Source: the human T2T-CHM13v2.0 reference genome, Homo sapiens. From it: DNA of 64,000 nucleotides. The stretch lies in the NCBI RefSeq assembly GCF_009914755.1, contig NC_060929.1; one strand, written 5' to 3'. Each line of letters starts with the position of its first letter. Positions within the stretch are counted from its first letter, which is position 1. Below are positions 30,361 to 47,010 of this stretch, piece by piece. Position numbers and translations under genes: made by a program. The notes under the pieces were generated by a model. That model saw nothing but the letters and a program-made list of their open reading frames with translations, did no database searches and had not been told where the DNA came from.

Positions 30361-31400
30361 GTTCCGTTGTCAGAGTTCCAACCAGCTGTACTCTGGGCAA
30401 GGTTGAGCCATTTCCTCTACTTTCTTCTAATGGATGGAATGGTCTAACCCATTGAATTGACAGGAAAACAAGAAAATACTTTGGCTGGAAAGAAACTCTT
30501 ACAAGAGCTCAGGCTAAACCCTAAGGAATTCAGACTTCTCTTTGAAAATCTTATTTGTCAATGGTCACAATTCAGGAGAAAGGACAAGGTATACTGCAAC
30601 ACCTGGGCCTCATTTTTGCTGACAATGGAGCAGATGGAGTGATTATCTGTAACCTTATTTGCACTGACCCTGAATATCTGTTGTTTGTCAAAACCATTTG
30701 AATCCTTTTAGTTTCAGTTTCCCACACGTATAATCTTATTACTCATAAAGTTTACTCTAAAGCAAGGTTTAAAATGAAATCTCATGAGAATTAAACATCA
30801 TTTGTACACTTAGATTGCCATTCTTAAAAAAGTTACATAAATTCAGCAGAAAGAAAGCACTATTTTAAGAAAACCACCTTATCCTCTCCTTTTAATTGCT
30901 TCTAAGAAACTGGGCAAACCACCCTCAATGAAAATAATTTGAATAATAACATATCCGTTCTCTTATATTTTAATTTTATAATATTCCATATGTGAAACAA
31001 TGGGGTAAATATTGAAGATGAGAGTGGGTGAGAGTCCTAGATTCCAGAAAGATAACTTTTACTTCTGCTATTTATTATTAATTTTCTTCCTTTCAAAATA
31101 GAGTTTTGTAAATTGCAGCTATTTCTAATTCTACTCAAACCTTTGACAAAGAAGGAGATGTATACACAAACACATTAAAGAAAAAAATAAATGGTTACAT
31201 TTTAAGTTGGAAAATATTATTCCACTTTAAATATATCCTAAGTTTAAAGAAAGTATTTATTGTGAGCCAAGGCTTCACATTAAATTTTGCAATTTGTCTC
31301 CTTAATACTTCTAGAACAAAAGTTAATTATTTCTTAACCACTTACATAGGAAATAAGATTTAGAAATTACTCAACTCACTTATTTCTGCTGATATTTTTC

Positions 31401-31707
31401 TTTGTTTTTTTTTTCCTTTGAGATGGAGTCTCACTCTGTCTCCAAGGCTGGAGTACATTGGCGTGATCTTGCCTCACTGCGACCTCTACCTCCTGGGTTC
31501 ATGCAACTCTCCTGCCTCAGCCTCCAGAGTAGCTGGGATTACAGGTGCCTGCCACCACACCTGGCTAATTTTTGTATTTTTTTTTTCAGTAGAGATGGGG
31601 TGTCACTGTGTTGGCCAGGCTGGTCTCAAACTCCTGACATCAGGTGATCCGCTTGCCTCAGCCTCCCAAAGTTCTGGGATAACAGGCATGAGCCATCGTG
31701 CCCAGCC
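31401..31707 (-). mobile_element. AluS (Sx/Sz-like)
   Basis: Full dimer; 16-bp TSD TCTG(C/T)TGATATTTTTC. Confidence 0.95.
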
Positions 31708-33866
31708 TCTGTTGATATTTTTCAAATAGAAAATCAATTTTAAGTTTTTCTTTATCATATGAAGCAAATATTAAATAATCATTTTATTTAGTCTGATGCT
31801 TGCTTGATTATATTGTGATATTTCTAATAATCTATTAGATTTTATAATAACAATTATAATAATTGTTTCTAAGCAAATGAACTATTTTACTGTATGTTCA
31901 ACCTCCTACAGAACCCTGTATAATTTTCTAAATAATGGAATCTATGCAGCAGCGGGATCTATTTATAAATTCACTGCATTTTCAGTGTCATTATTGGGAT
32001 ATATTCCTGAGTAACTGCTGTGGAGACAGAAAGTATCAAAATATACAGCAGAAATTTGAACCATATAAAGCCTGATGGGCCTGACAAAGGTTAACAGAAT
32101 AACATAACATTCAGCTCTACTCCTTTTCTCACCCTCGTCTCATCTCAAAATATATGCAGGAAATGCCTCCTTTTTCAACCTCCTTCGCATTCTGAAGAGA
32201 ATGTAGAACTTTGTTTTAAAATTGAAGCCAATGTAACCAACATTTGCCTATTTTTAAAAAGCTCTTCCTTCATTCTGATTGGCTTTAGAAACAGGCCTAA
32301 TATTGACAAGAAATTTATAGAGTTAGTGAGAGTTTTCATGCTAATATCAACATTTTATTCTTTTTTGCTCACTCAGTTCCCAAAGATGGATGTATACAAA
32401 TGCTGTAGAACTTCATACATGCTTTCCTACACCTTCATTTCCTCCTCCTCAAAAGATTAATAAGCTCTGTTTATTGACGTTTTTGTGGTAAGAGTGATGT
32501 AAATATCTCAAGCCATATAATCAAGTTGTCATGTTGGTCTAGGCACCTACAATACAACTAGATCTGTGATTTACCAAGGTGCTATGTATGAATATATTTA
32601 TTTTGACAAACACAAATCAGTTAATATTTTGACAAGTATATTTTGATAAGTATAAATCACTGAATAACAGCTTTCATATATATTATTTCATTTTAGGTTT
32701 CAGAAGTAGTCAACAGTTGATTCATGAACTGCTTGCCTTGCTTGTAGAAAATTTAGCAGACAGGAGAAAGAAGAAAGAAAAATAAATAGGCAAATCCCAG
32801 ACTCATTCCTGCCATAATGGTTTCATTTTGCCTGTTTTATATATCAGAGTTTTGTGAAAAATTTCATTCATAAAGAGAGGTTTTCTGATTTTTTAAAAGA
32901 TAAAATTTGAAAATGTCTAGCAGAGAGCTCAGTGCCTAAATCTCAGAAAATATTTAAGGACAGAGAGAAAACATGAAAAACATAAATAGTATCTGCAAAT
33001 AAGGTTGATAAGTCTAACCTTTCTATACTTAAAAGAAATTCAGCTTCTTAAATGGCAGAGAAAATTCTGTATGCCAGATTACAATGAATATATTCTCGTC
33101 ATTATCATTATCTTTAGATACTTCCAGTTTTCTGTGGATAGACTTTGTAAAATGCCATCTATCTCCAAAAAGAATGTTACTAACACCCAAGGAAAAACAA
33201 GTTTGTAGAGTCATACATCTAATTACCAATATAACGTAATGATTCTTTTCATTATCATGACCCTCTGCCCCTCTGTAGTGACATGTCCCCCTGAAATTTG
33301 ACCCAAATAGTTCATACAAATAAAGTTGCAATGTCTCCAGTCAGACATGAACTGATTGTCTTCCTAGGGTCTCCTGGGGTAGCAACAGTCAATTTGCCAC
33401 AGCAGAAACTTGAGTATGCACATTGAGTTCCCTCCAGGTATTTTGGCAAGCAAAGTTTAAAAGCAACCATGACCTTGTCACCAATACTAATGGACAGACT
33501 TCAGACTTCTCTGCTTTATGTTAGCATAGTTGCTGGAGTAAGGTTACAATGTTCTGAGGACTATTATTGATCCTGACATTCCAAACAACTGTGAGTTGAT
33601 GGAGTAATTATCTTATATTCCTGTGAACAGACTTTTTCTGCCTCAGGTCACTGAACCATTTTTATTTTTCCCAACATAAAATTTCTATCCAAAAAGTGAT
33701 CTAATCCACCTGAGGAAAAAGACTATAACTTCATCACATTCAGAATAATCTCTCCTCAGGTCCTCTACCAAAATGTTATGATTGCTTTAATTTCCATATT
33801 GCCCATGTACAGAAGCCAACAATTATTGCAGCATAACTTAGAGAGTACAAATAAGCTGAAATGACC

Positions 33867-34549
<683 letters not shown>

Positions 34550-35505
34550 TGACCTACCTTACTATCAGTGCCAAAAAGACTAATTCTACCATTCCCTGGG
34601 ATCTGAAGATAATTTAATTGTCCTTTCTCTAAAAATAATAGTAACAACCAACAAACAAAAAATCTCCAAAAGTTTATTTTAGAAAAAAGGTCTAAGGAAT
34701 TCTATATAGTTCTTGATAATTTATTAAACATAGTCACAAATCTTTTGGAATTTTTCAGCAAGCAATAAAGTGTCCCTGCCTAAGCAGGTTTTTAAAAGCT
34801 ATTCCAAGGAGAAGCCATACAGTTCCGTCACTGCATTTGGATGCTGTTGCTGTGCACTTTATTCATAGGAATGCATAGCGTGGCTTACTGGTACTGAAAA
34901 AGACTGCTGAATGGCAGATTTTAAAAAGAGTAAGCAACTGAATTGTAAAAGGTCCTAGCAATGATAGATTCCACAACCCGTTAGAAATTTGCCCCTACAA
35001 CCCTCCTGACTTCTGAATTCCAAGAAGAATGAAAGTGATGGCTTATAATTAGCATGATTGTGTTAGGGGCATGACAGATGCTGTCGGCCAGCCTTGATGT
35101 CAGAGTAAAATCTGTTTCCTCATTCATAGTCCAGCTCTTTTTTCACATGATGGACTGCAGCACCCTCTTTCTGATTACAGGCACTAGGCTTCATTGCATG
35201 TTGTAAACATATATAAGGCAGAGCCTAGGTGCATGCAGATGATAATGTGTCAGTCTGGGTCAAGTGACAGCTTAGGAAATGTCAAAATGAACAACAAAAA
35301 CAGAGTAATTCTATGAAATGGACAATGTGGGTGGATATTACATTTCAATATTATTAATGTCTAACTCAAAAATTTGATTTGCCAACTGAAGTCCATTTAG
35401 CAAAACATACACATTGTCAGTTAGCCTGAGAATTTTCACTAGGCTTACCCCACTTCCCTCCTAGAATTTTTTTTTGGGGGGGAGGTTCTGAAGGCATTAT
35501 TTTTA

Positions 35506-35702
35506 TTGTGTTGTGTTGTGTTTTGCTGTGTTGCGTTGCATTGCATTGCATTGCATTACATTTTTTGAGACAGAGTCTCACTCTGTCGCTCAGGCTAGAA
35601 TGCAGTGGTGGGATCATGGCTCACTGCAGCCTTGACCTCCTGGGCTCAATTGATCCTCCCACCTCAGCCTCCAGAATATCTGGGACTACAGGTGCACACC
35701 AT
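35506..35702 (-). mobile_element. AluJ right arm with tail converted to (TTGTG)n/(TTGCA)n pentamer repeats
   Basis: Alu right arm 35561-35702; pentamer array 35506-35557. Confidence 0.88.
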
Positions 35703-35744
35703 TACTTTGCTTCCAAGTTAGACATAACTACTTGCATGGTCTGC

Positions 35745-36200
35745 TTGTACTCAAACTCAGCAAATCACACCCAGCATCTCCTCCCAATTTAGCATCTTCT
35801 CATGATTTCCCTATTTCTGTTCCTGGATCATTATTCTCCCAGTCATTCAGACCCGAACCTGAGAATCATCTTAGATGTCTCACTCTTTTTCAAGCGCCAT
35901 ATTAGTTTGTGTAATATGGTATCAAAACTTTGAAATTTCTGTAGCATCTGTCCCTGAGTCTTTCCATATCTATAGTCATCAAACTTAGCTCCACATTACC
36001 CCTTGCTGAGTCTAACCCACTAGTCTTATATTTCTTAGATCACACATCCAGTCTATGTTCCCACGAAACCATTCAAGATGGATCTTCCTGCGGCATTCCA
36101 TCAACATCTGCCTGCTAATTCTCTTCATCCTGTACCTGAGCTTAGCAGCTCACTGGCATTTTCTCCAAGTTGTACCATACTTCCTGTTTTTTTGCCCTTG
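35745..36200 (+). mobile_element. LINE-2 fragment
   Basis: CTCAAACTCAGCA…CCCAGTCATTCAG…AACCTGAGAATCATCTTAGA L2 motif; boundaries approximate. Confidence 0.55.
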
Positions 36201-36665
36201 TCCAGTATTCTTTCCTCTGTCTTCAATTTTTCTGTTTATACTTCTGTGGAAATCCTATCCATCCTTAAACCTTAAAATGTGGAGAGTGTGTCCTTAAGAC
36301 TGCATATAATGACTATAGCAGTTCAAGTCTCTTTGATGTTGACTAACTGATATTGAGGAAATATGTCAATTCTGTGGGATTCAGGTACTCCTCTGTAATT
36401 GGGAGTAAAGGGAGAAGAGGATAATACTTTCCCTGCCTCTGTCATATCTATCATAGAATAATTAAAATGAGCAAAAACTTTAAATGAGATGAATATGTAA
36501 AAGCAAGAGTAAAAGCTAACATGCTATGCACAGTAGAAAGCCTTACTATGATCATCCTCTTTACTGTTACATATTCACCACATGCAGATGAGGCTTCCTC
36601 CTGGGATTCCACTTATTTTCATCACTATTATGGTCAATACTATGACTTATCTTTCAGAATTAGTT

Positions 36666-37179
<514 letters not shown>

Positions 37180-37343
37180 TCACTGACTTAAAAACAGGCC
37201 TACTGAGGGTCACAGATTCTTTTGGAATATACATGCATATTTGGAGGACAGAATCACAAACTGTTTGACACATTCAGTTAGGTTATGAAGAAAATAAAAG
37301 GCTTTGGTTGTAATATGATCAGATGGCTAGTTCCCTTTATTCT

Positions 37344-37650
37344 TTATTTTTGAGATGGAGTTTCGCTCTTGTTGCTCAGGCTGGAGTGCAATGGCACGAT
37401 CTTGGCTCACTGCAACCTCTGCTCACCACAACCTCCACCTCCCAGGTTCAAGCAATTCTCCTGCCTCAGCCTCCCAAAAGTAGCTGGGATTACAGGCATC
37501 TGCCACCACACCCGGCTAATTTTGTATTTTTGGTAGATACATGGTTCTCCATGTTGGTCATGCTGGTCTCAAACTCCCGACCTCAGGTTATCTGTCCGCC
37601 TCGGCCTCCCAAAATGCTGGGATTACAGGCATGAGTCACCGTGCCCGGCC
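37344..37650 (-). mobile_element. AluSq/Sp-like with a short internal duplication
   Basis: TTTCGCTCTTGTTGC diagnostic; TSD TAGTTCCCT(T/C)TATTCT. Confidence 0.93.
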
Positions 37651-38554
37651 TTAGTTCCCTCTATTCTAATGTAAATAAATACTCTAAATAAATGTATAAT
37701 TCAAAATAAATATTTACATAAATATTGACAGATGAAGTGCTTTTTGACTCATGCTGAAGTTAACTAGCTGCCCCTTGAAAAATTAGTTTTCTCCATTAAA
37801 TTATTAATATTTAACTAATTCTGGAGTTTTTCTATGGCATGCTGGACATAATAGGAACCATGGACTTGCTGAGAGTCCTAGTCTAGGAGATTTCCTTCCA
37901 GCACCTGAAATACTTCATGGGAGACCACAGTTTTCATTCCATATTTTGATGTTACAATATGAACCATAAAAACTTTCTTCTATTTCTATTTTTTACTTTT
38001 TGCAAGACTAAAGACACCCCCCCCAATAGTCCAGAATTTTATTCCTACTTTCTTCCTTTTTCACTTGAGAATGTAGAAACAATAAATAACTCAAATCTAC
38101 ATTTTATCAGTCAGTGCCACCATTTAAAACACAGCATTTTGGGCATGATTTCATTTAACCCCTTAATTGTATAGTTATGATTCCATAACACTGCACACTG
38201 TCTATTCCTTAAAATTTTCTTAAGTTTTACTTTCACATTATGCAAAATTAATTAATGCTCCACTCTGTGGACTCTATGCCACCACACCACTATCAATGAA
38301 TTCAGAAGAGGCAGTGGGAGTGTTGATAGAATGTAACATAGCATTATGGTAGAGTACAGACTAGATTACTTGTTTCTCAGTTTTCTCCTCTAAAATATGG
38401 AAATAATAATAATATATCTAATTCAGAGTTTTTGTGAAGATTAATTGGTTTAATACATATAAAATGTTTAGAGTAGAGCCTGACACACAAGTACTCTGTA
38501 AGTATCATCTATTATTGTTTTGTTATTAATAAAGGACTCCATTATTTCACAAGG

Positions 38555-38919
38555 TAGGTTAAGCATCATTAATCTGAAAATCCAAAATGCAAAATGTTCC
38601 ACAATCCAAAACTTTTTGAGTGCTGACATGATGTCACAGGTGGAAAATTCCACACCTGACCTCATGTGACAAGTCATAGTCAAAACACAGCCAAAACTTT
38701 GTTTCACGTACGAAAGCATTTTAAAATATTGTATACAATTATTTTCAGCCTATGTTTATAAGGCATATACGAAACATAAATAAATTTTGTGTTTAGATGA
38801 AGGTCTTATCCCCAAGATATCTCACTATGTGTATGCATGTATTCCAAAATCCAAAAAAAAAATTCAAAGGTTGAAATACTTCTGGTCCCAGGCATTTACA
38901 ATAAGAGATATTCAACCTG
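38555..38919. mobile_element. Tigger4/MER46-type Tc1-mariner MITE
   Basis: Termini (T)AGGTTAAGCATC… / …GATATTCAACCTG followed by TA; typical Tigger4b body. Confidence 0.85.
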
Positions 38920-39077
38920 TATATGTTAAACATATACTAATTCTTAAATTTTTTGAGAGAAATGTAATTATAATAAAGTGGAAAAAACTATATCAGGTAT
39001 GAGTATTAATATTTTGGTTTAATTACTGCAATGATCAACATAGCTACTTTAATTATTATTCTCATGAGAGTTTTTAC

Positions 39078-39207
39078 TTTTTTTTTTTAAATAGATGGCG
39101 GTCTTGCTGTGTTACCCAGGCTGGCCTTGAACTCTGGGTTCAAATGATCCTCCTGCCTCAGCATCCCAAGTAGTTGGGATAACAGGTATGCACTATTACA
39201 ACCAGCC
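39078..39207 (-). mobile_element. FLAM-type Alu monomer
   Basis: Single left-arm-like monomer; degenerate TSD CT(C/A)ATGAGA(G/A)TTTT. Confidence 0.82.
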
Positions 39208-39764
39208 CATGCTAATGAGAATTTTAATGCATATACACACAACATATACCCACACACTTTCAACACACATTTTCATTATACAGAGTGTTTCCATAGGTAG
39301 AGTAGAATGAGATATGAGTTCTGGTTATTTAGCCTGGCAACTGCAGCAGAGTCAAATACTGTTAGTGTATCTATCCTGGTTCATGTCCTGTTATCAATAC
39401 AAGAGGCAAAGTATAAATGGAGATCAGGTTTCCATCTGGTTACAACTAACAGCATAGCCTTGATTGCCTGCTTTGAGTTAGGGGATCAAAGGAAGAAATC
39501 ATCAGAGATCCAAATAGCAACTCAGGCAGGCAGATCGCCATTTGAAAAAAAACAGTAACTTCTCTACCTTAAGGAAGGATAACTCCTGTTTGGCTAGCTT
39601 GATTCCTTTCTAATTATAAAAATAAGCTTGGGGTGAGTAGCAGGGGATAAAAATACAAAGTATCATATAGGAGTTAATAAAGAAAACAATCATGATAATT
39701 ATCTTTCTAAACAGTAAAGAGAAACCAAGTATTTCTTCATATTAGAAATATAATACAATTTTAC

Positions 39765-40064
39765 AGCCAGGCATGACGACTCACACCTGTAATCCCAACA
39801 CTTCGGGAGATGGAGGCAGAAGGACTACTTGAGCCCAAGAATTCAAGACCAGCCTGGGTAACATGTCCAAACCCCTTCTCTACAAAAAATACAAAAATGA
39901 GACAGGTGTGGTGGTGTGAGCCCGTAGTCCCAGCTATTTGAGAGGCTGAGGTGGGAGGATCACTGGAGCCCAGCAAGTAGAGGCTGCAGGAGCCATGATC
40001 ATACCACTCCACTCCAGCCTGGGTGACAAAGGGAGACCCTGTCTCAAGGAAAAAAAAAAAAAAA
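39765..40064 (+). mobile_element. AluJ
   Basis: Diverged dimer with poly(A). Confidence 0.92.
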
Positions 40065-41868
40065 GTAAAGAAATAATTTTTTTCAAAGAAACCCTTTACA
40101 TTAAAAGCACTACTTATGATGGAATCTTTAGGAAATGCTAGAATTCCTTGTCCCTAGATTTTTTTCTAAAGGATTAAAATCTTCATTTTCTAGGAGAACT
40201 GACATTTAAATGTATGATTCCTAAACTCAAGATTTTTAAAAGATCTGAGTTGCTCGATAACTCTATAGCACACTCTTGAAGATGAGATATTCATGGACCC
40301 TCCCTAAATCTTGGAAAGTCTTCAGGCTAACGGCAGGGCTGGAGCTAAAGTTGAGGCAGAACCTCATTTCTGCCAGTAACAGCATGCCTAGCCAGGATTA
40401 AAAAATTTGCCAAGACCACACAGAAAGAGACTAGATGGTAAGTTGGATTTATACTTCTCTTTGCAACTGAAGGCCATTCTGAACTCCTGCCTAAAGTTGG
40501 AGAAAGTGAAGAGAGGCCAAATCCAGAAACCATTAGGGCTCAGAGATAATTATTATGGAAAACCAACAAGCATGTACCTAATGATTCCCCAGAGTCACTC
40601 CTAGAGCAAGGAATGAAATGAAAAAGTTTATATCACCCACAAAACAAAGATTCAATGCAGTCAATGAACCAAAGAAGAAAAATTCAGCTCTGAAATGTGA
40701 TAATAACCTGATATTCCTCCTCAAATCTCTGGATATTTGGTTACATTATAATTTGCTTGATGCACGTATTCTTAAAATACCAACACTCAATTAAATTCAT
40801 CACCTAAGAAACATGGTCATTAGTAATTATTTTTGCATAATCTCTTTTCATTTTTATTACTGCAAATTTTTTGTTTCTAAGTCCACAAAAGGAAACTTCA
40901 ACTTGATGTAATATAAAAAGTCCAGAGTGTATCACAAATTAATTTATCTAGAATGTAATCACCATATAGAAAAAATGATGCATATGATCTTAAAATTGCA
41001 TCCAGGTTTAAAGTTCTATAAAAAAGATAAAGGGAAGGATGTTACTATTCTGAGCTGATGATGTCTTACCATCCCAAACTGTAACCATTGAACATACACA
41101 TTTATTGACAAACTGCTTTGAAATCATAACAAGATGTCTCACAAATGTATTGTGTTTTGATGCACTAGTGTCTTAGCTGTATGAAACAGCTACATCCATG
41201 TTTTTCCATCTATAAAAAGGGCAATGAAAAGATATCCTTTGAGTCACTTTTAACTCAACTTTCTAAGTGTCTCCAATTTTATAAACATGAATCATACTCC
41301 TATAAAGAAGTCTTCCACTCCACCTTCACGAGTGTATATCTTTGATCAGGAAGTTTAAATGGACACTCTATATGCATCCTTGTGCTTTTGGGGATCTGAC
41401 AATCCTTTTTTTGATGGAACAGTAAATGGCCCAACTGTTTGCCTAAGACTAGGCAGAATGCAATTTATCTTCTTGGTTTGCAGAAAATGGCTATGTAAAC
41501 TTTACCACATTTGCCAGTATTTCCATTCCTTAAGACATAGCTCATTGACTAGGACCCAGTTTTCCAAGCAAGTATAAGATGTTTCCTTGTTACTAGTATG
41601 TTTTTGGAAAGCAAAAGAGACCTTCCGAATTACCTCTTAGAGGCATGCTTCACTTTTGTCCTCAGTAATGATTATTTCAATATACTGTTTACAAACCCAA
41701 TCGTTACTCCCTTTTTGAATGCAAAGTAACACGTGCTAATTGTTGTTTTGATGATATTAGTGAATCAAAACCTTATGGGAAATACAATTGTCTCATCTTC
41801 CAGGTTTCTATGTGAAATACTCAGAACTGCACTTGCAAATTCCTGAGCAGCTTCATTCTAAGGGAAGC

Positions 41869-41887
41869 ATGGCGCCATCTAGTGATC
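41869..41887 (-). promoter_or_regulatory. Candidate CTCF binding motif
   Basis: Minus strand reads GATCACTAGATGGCGCCAT, close to the CTCF core CCACYAGRKGGCGC; CpG retained in CpG-poor unique DNA. Confidence 0.6.
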
Positions 41888-43925
41888 ATACAGAAAATTA
41901 CATTTATGCATTTTCTCTCAAAGCTCTGTATTAAAATGATGAGTTGGCCCATACATTAGAATTGAAAGAAGAGAAATAGAATAAAAATTCCTAGAAACTT
42001 TACCTAGTTATTTTCTATATGCACCATCCTGCATGGTCATTATTAAACATATATGGGTTATAACAATAATAATATGACATTGTCCCTCTCTTGGGGTCAC
42101 TTTTTTAACTTCAACTTACCATTGGTTTAGTCATGTAGTTTCCGAAATAAATATCTTCACATGGAACATTTAATTCCAATGAACTATATTTTTGGTTCAT
42201 TAAAAGTTAATGAAGTTTTTGAAACAATTCCAAATGATCTGTAAAATATATTTACTTAAAAATGCTTCATTTTATTTCTCTAGTGATGCCCTGCTAGGAT
42301 GCTACCTAAATTGTTAAATATTTAAAAACACAGAGGAAAAAGTAAGATAAAATAAATAGCATACTATTTAGAGATTAACCTATTCCTTAATATGGAAAAT
42401 TATTCCTCATTGTCAGAATAAAACATATTATTGTATTTCTAGTTTAAGGATAATATTGTACAGATATCAATAGGATAAGATATGCTTGCCTAAGCCGGAA
42501 TAGATGCCCACTCTGTCCCAGCAGGGTTTTTCCAGTTTTACCCTGTGGAAAGTTCTATGAAGACAAGGACCATGTCTGATGCATCTTTTCATCTCCATAC
42601 GCCACTACTCACCCAACCCTCGCCCCCACCAGCACAATGCCTAGCATGTCATAGGAACTCAGGATGTTTCTTCAATGAACCAATAAATTAATTTATTATG
42701 TCTGTCTCTAAAATCATTATTTAGAGTCTATCTACCACAGGAAACAGCTTTTCACTTTTCTATTGTATGATTCTCTGCTCCTTTTCTGAGATACTCTCTC
42801 TACAAGTGGCACCTTATTTGATATTCACACTGCCACCTCCTAAATTCTTTAAAATCTTGAGTATCCATGTCCAAATGGCTTTCTTTCCATGAGTTATCCA
42901 TCTTACAGAAAGGGCATTATTCATCAACACATCATTTGATGAAATAAATCCAAAAGGGTGGAAATGAGAAACTCTTATTTCTTACTCTTTTCAATAGGTA
43001 GTATTAATATTCTGTAACAAGGAGATTTCAGTAGTGTAACACATAAGATATTACTCACAATTTGAAACAGGTGCTTTTGGCATTATAGGCACTTGGCCAC
43101 AATGCATAGTTTAATATTTGTGTGGCTCAAAACAGCTAACTTATCTTGAAATGTTGCAGAGGAAACTTCCTTAATCACATTCTTACTGTCCAGTGACTGA
43201 GGTAAATCATGGCATACATGCGTCATTATGAATCACATACTATCTATACCTACACTTCAACTACCTGTAACTAGATTTTCACTATACGGTGTAATGAGTT
43301 TCAGTGAGAACATTCAGATAACCCATTCCTCAAGTAAATATTCCAAAAGCATTTTATTTCACTGTAGAGAAAATTTAGAAAAAGTAGATTTCTCCTTCTC
43401 TAGTATTGCTGAATTGTGATTCAAATCAGCAATTTTTCTATAATACACAGTAAACATCTCAGAATACTACTACTTTTGAAGTACAAAGATTGCCACGATG
43501 TAGAATAGAATGGCTTTTTGTTTTTAACCAACATCCCCATCAGTACATTCAACTCAGCCTTGCAACTCCCACTCATAATGTCACAACTGTTTGTCCCTAA
43601 GCTAATTAAGTGTGTCTGCGAGCTGTAGCGTGAGTTATGAAGTTATCATTTCTCCACACTTTATAGCTGTTTGAAGGATATGAAATGAAAATGGACAAAC
43701 AGTCATGATATTTTTGGCAAAATATCAAATGTTTTTGATGGAAAGTGAAAGGGCTTTGGAGCCCTCTGACCTGGGTTCAAATCCTAACTCTTCTACTTTA
43801 TAGCCTGAGCAAGTTACTGAACTTAAGTTTCTTTATGTGAATGTGGAGATGCTCTTGGACCCAAAGTTCTAATTTTGGCACATACCTATCTTTAAAAACA
43901 ATAATAATTTTAAAAGTAATTTTGA

Positions 43926-44242
<317 letters not shown>

Positions 44243-44904
44243 AAAAATATAGTGTTAAGAGATCACACTGTGACCTATAACATTTATATATTTAGAACAC
44301 CTTTGGAGCTAACTGAGATTAGGGATCAAGATATATGTATATGTATACACACACACACACACACACACATTTAATAACACAAGCATGCACTTTTGTGAAA
44401 TAGAATACGTAAGTTCTAAGCAAGGAGAGTGCAAACTGCATTTATTTTTCAAAAACAAGAAAAATACAGTCATAAGAGGTTTTAAGTAACTAGTTTTAAT
44501 CAATCCATATGGTTGCATACTTAGAGTTTTCTTAGAAATACATTTTACATTTAGCATTGACCTTGGTATGTCTAATATTTTCTAGGTATTTTTCACATAT
44601 TTCTAAGGGCTAAAAATATTTATTCATTTATACTTTCATTCAGTCAATAGATATTTATTAACAGCTTTCTCTTATCCAAGCACATGTTTGGGAACAGTCA
44701 ACTTTTGTTTTATGATACAGATTAAACCAAAGGGACATATTAATTTGTGATCAACTAATAAACCAACAGAGAGCTTCTAAAAGCTGAAGGATTTTCTAAT
44801 TTTACAGAGCATAAAGAACCATTTTATTCATTTTAAATCTCAAACTATGCTGTGTTTCATAAGGAAATCAAAGGATATATAAGGTGTATACACTTAGGTA
44901 CACA

Positions 44905-45270
44905 TATATTTTTAGATATTTTTTAAATTGATACATAATAATTGTACGTAGGGATGTTTCAATACATACAATGCATAGTGATCAGATCAGGGTATTAGCA
45001 TATGTTCCAACATTTTTCATTTCTTTGGGACTATTCAATATCCTCTAAGTATTTGAAAATATATAATATATCGTTGTTAACTATAGTCATACTATAGTGC
45101 TATAGAACACTACCACTTAATTCCTCCTATCTAGCTGTCATTTCGTATTCTTAACAAATATTTCTCTATCCTCCCCTTCTCCCTACTGTTTCCAGCCTCT
45201 AGTAATCTCTGTTCTCCTTTTTACTTCCATGAGATCAACTTTTTCTAGCTTACATTTTTTGAGTGAGAAA
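44905..45270 (-). mobile_element. L1MA-type 3'-end fragment
   Basis: ATTGATACATAATAATTGTAC…TGATCAGATCAGGGT…GAGTGAGAA. Confidence 0.78.
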
Positions 45271-46709
45271 GCAGTAGAAAAGAAAATGTGGATGGCTTTA
45301 AAAGGAAAAAAAGAGAAAAAACAGCCCTATCTCCAAATACTCCAATCTTGTGAATTGAAAAAAAAAAGTTGAGATCTTTTTTTTTAATCAGTTGCTATCT
45401 ATTTGTATATATACCCACAGAAAACCATAGTTAAAATGTAGGCATTATAATTCTAAGACATATGTACAGAAAGGCAAATGCTGGGGGGAACATATTAAAA
45501 TGTTTCTCTGACATTTTGCAGTCTTACACAGTGATTTAATTTATACGCCATCCATATATTAGTGATCTGGACTCTCTTGATCCACCAAAAAGCACCCTAC
45601 TTAGCATTTATCTAGTGTTTTCTAAGTAGACGTTTAAGGCTCTTTTTAATTAATCATTTTATTAACTCTTGTCACACTAATAGAGACAGCAACCAACCTG
45701 AACCATCTAGGGCAGATGAGCAATGGAGATACACAGAAAGCTAAGTTGCACTGAAAATAATTTTTTGAGAAAGAACAACGGGAGCTGTGGAGTTCTCCAA
45801 ATCATAAGTTATAAAGCTCAGTTAAATTACTTTTTTGTACAATGTAGACAGAAATGACAAAATGGCAGTTCTATATGCCTGTAAAACTCAAACTGACCAA
45901 ACACTGACACTTGGTAACAGCAGGATGTGTACTGATGTTACTATAATGATGTTTAGCAGAAGAGTTGAAAATAGAAAGGGTTTCCGAATCAGCCCAGCAC
46001 CAACCAAGTAATCCAGGGATCCAGATCATTCCAATACCCAGTGAGTTGTCCCCTTTGGCCCCTCCTAGGTGTGACCCATCCAAGAGAAGCATTGTATTTC
46101 CCTAGTCTACATTGTTCCCACTTTGACACAGCCTATCATATACTTCTCTGTAAGTTTATGATTATCTCCTCCATTAAATTTTTAATTCTTGGGGACCAAA
46201 AATCTCATTTCTCTTTGTATGTTCAAGTGCTATTAAGCACATAAGTACTGAACAAATGCTAAATCAACAAATAAATAATCCCATGATTACTTAAAACTGA
46301 GGTGCCTGCACAAATCAGCAAGGCACTAAAATGATAAACTCATCCTCTAACAATTGATCAAATACCTTAAACTCAGTCTCAAAAAGAGTAAAAAAAAATG
46401 TCTTGGCTTGCTTTCAAGAAATGAGCAATGTTAAATCAAATTCTTGCTAGATTATTTTCATGGTAATAGTTTTTCACAACTTCTTATTGTAAAAGTAACA
46501 ACATTATTTCAAAATTTAATTAAGGTATAAATAAATATAAATACAAGGAGATAAAGAATATTTATAATCCTATTACTCAGAGTTGGTTTCATACTTTAGC
46601 CCATATACTTAAAAATGTGTAAAGAATTACATTATGTGTAGTTTTGTGACAAATTTCAATGCTAATATCTCTATCATTAAAAAAAATATGGAAGTACCAC
46701 AATTTAGTC

Positions 46710-47010
<301 letters not shown>

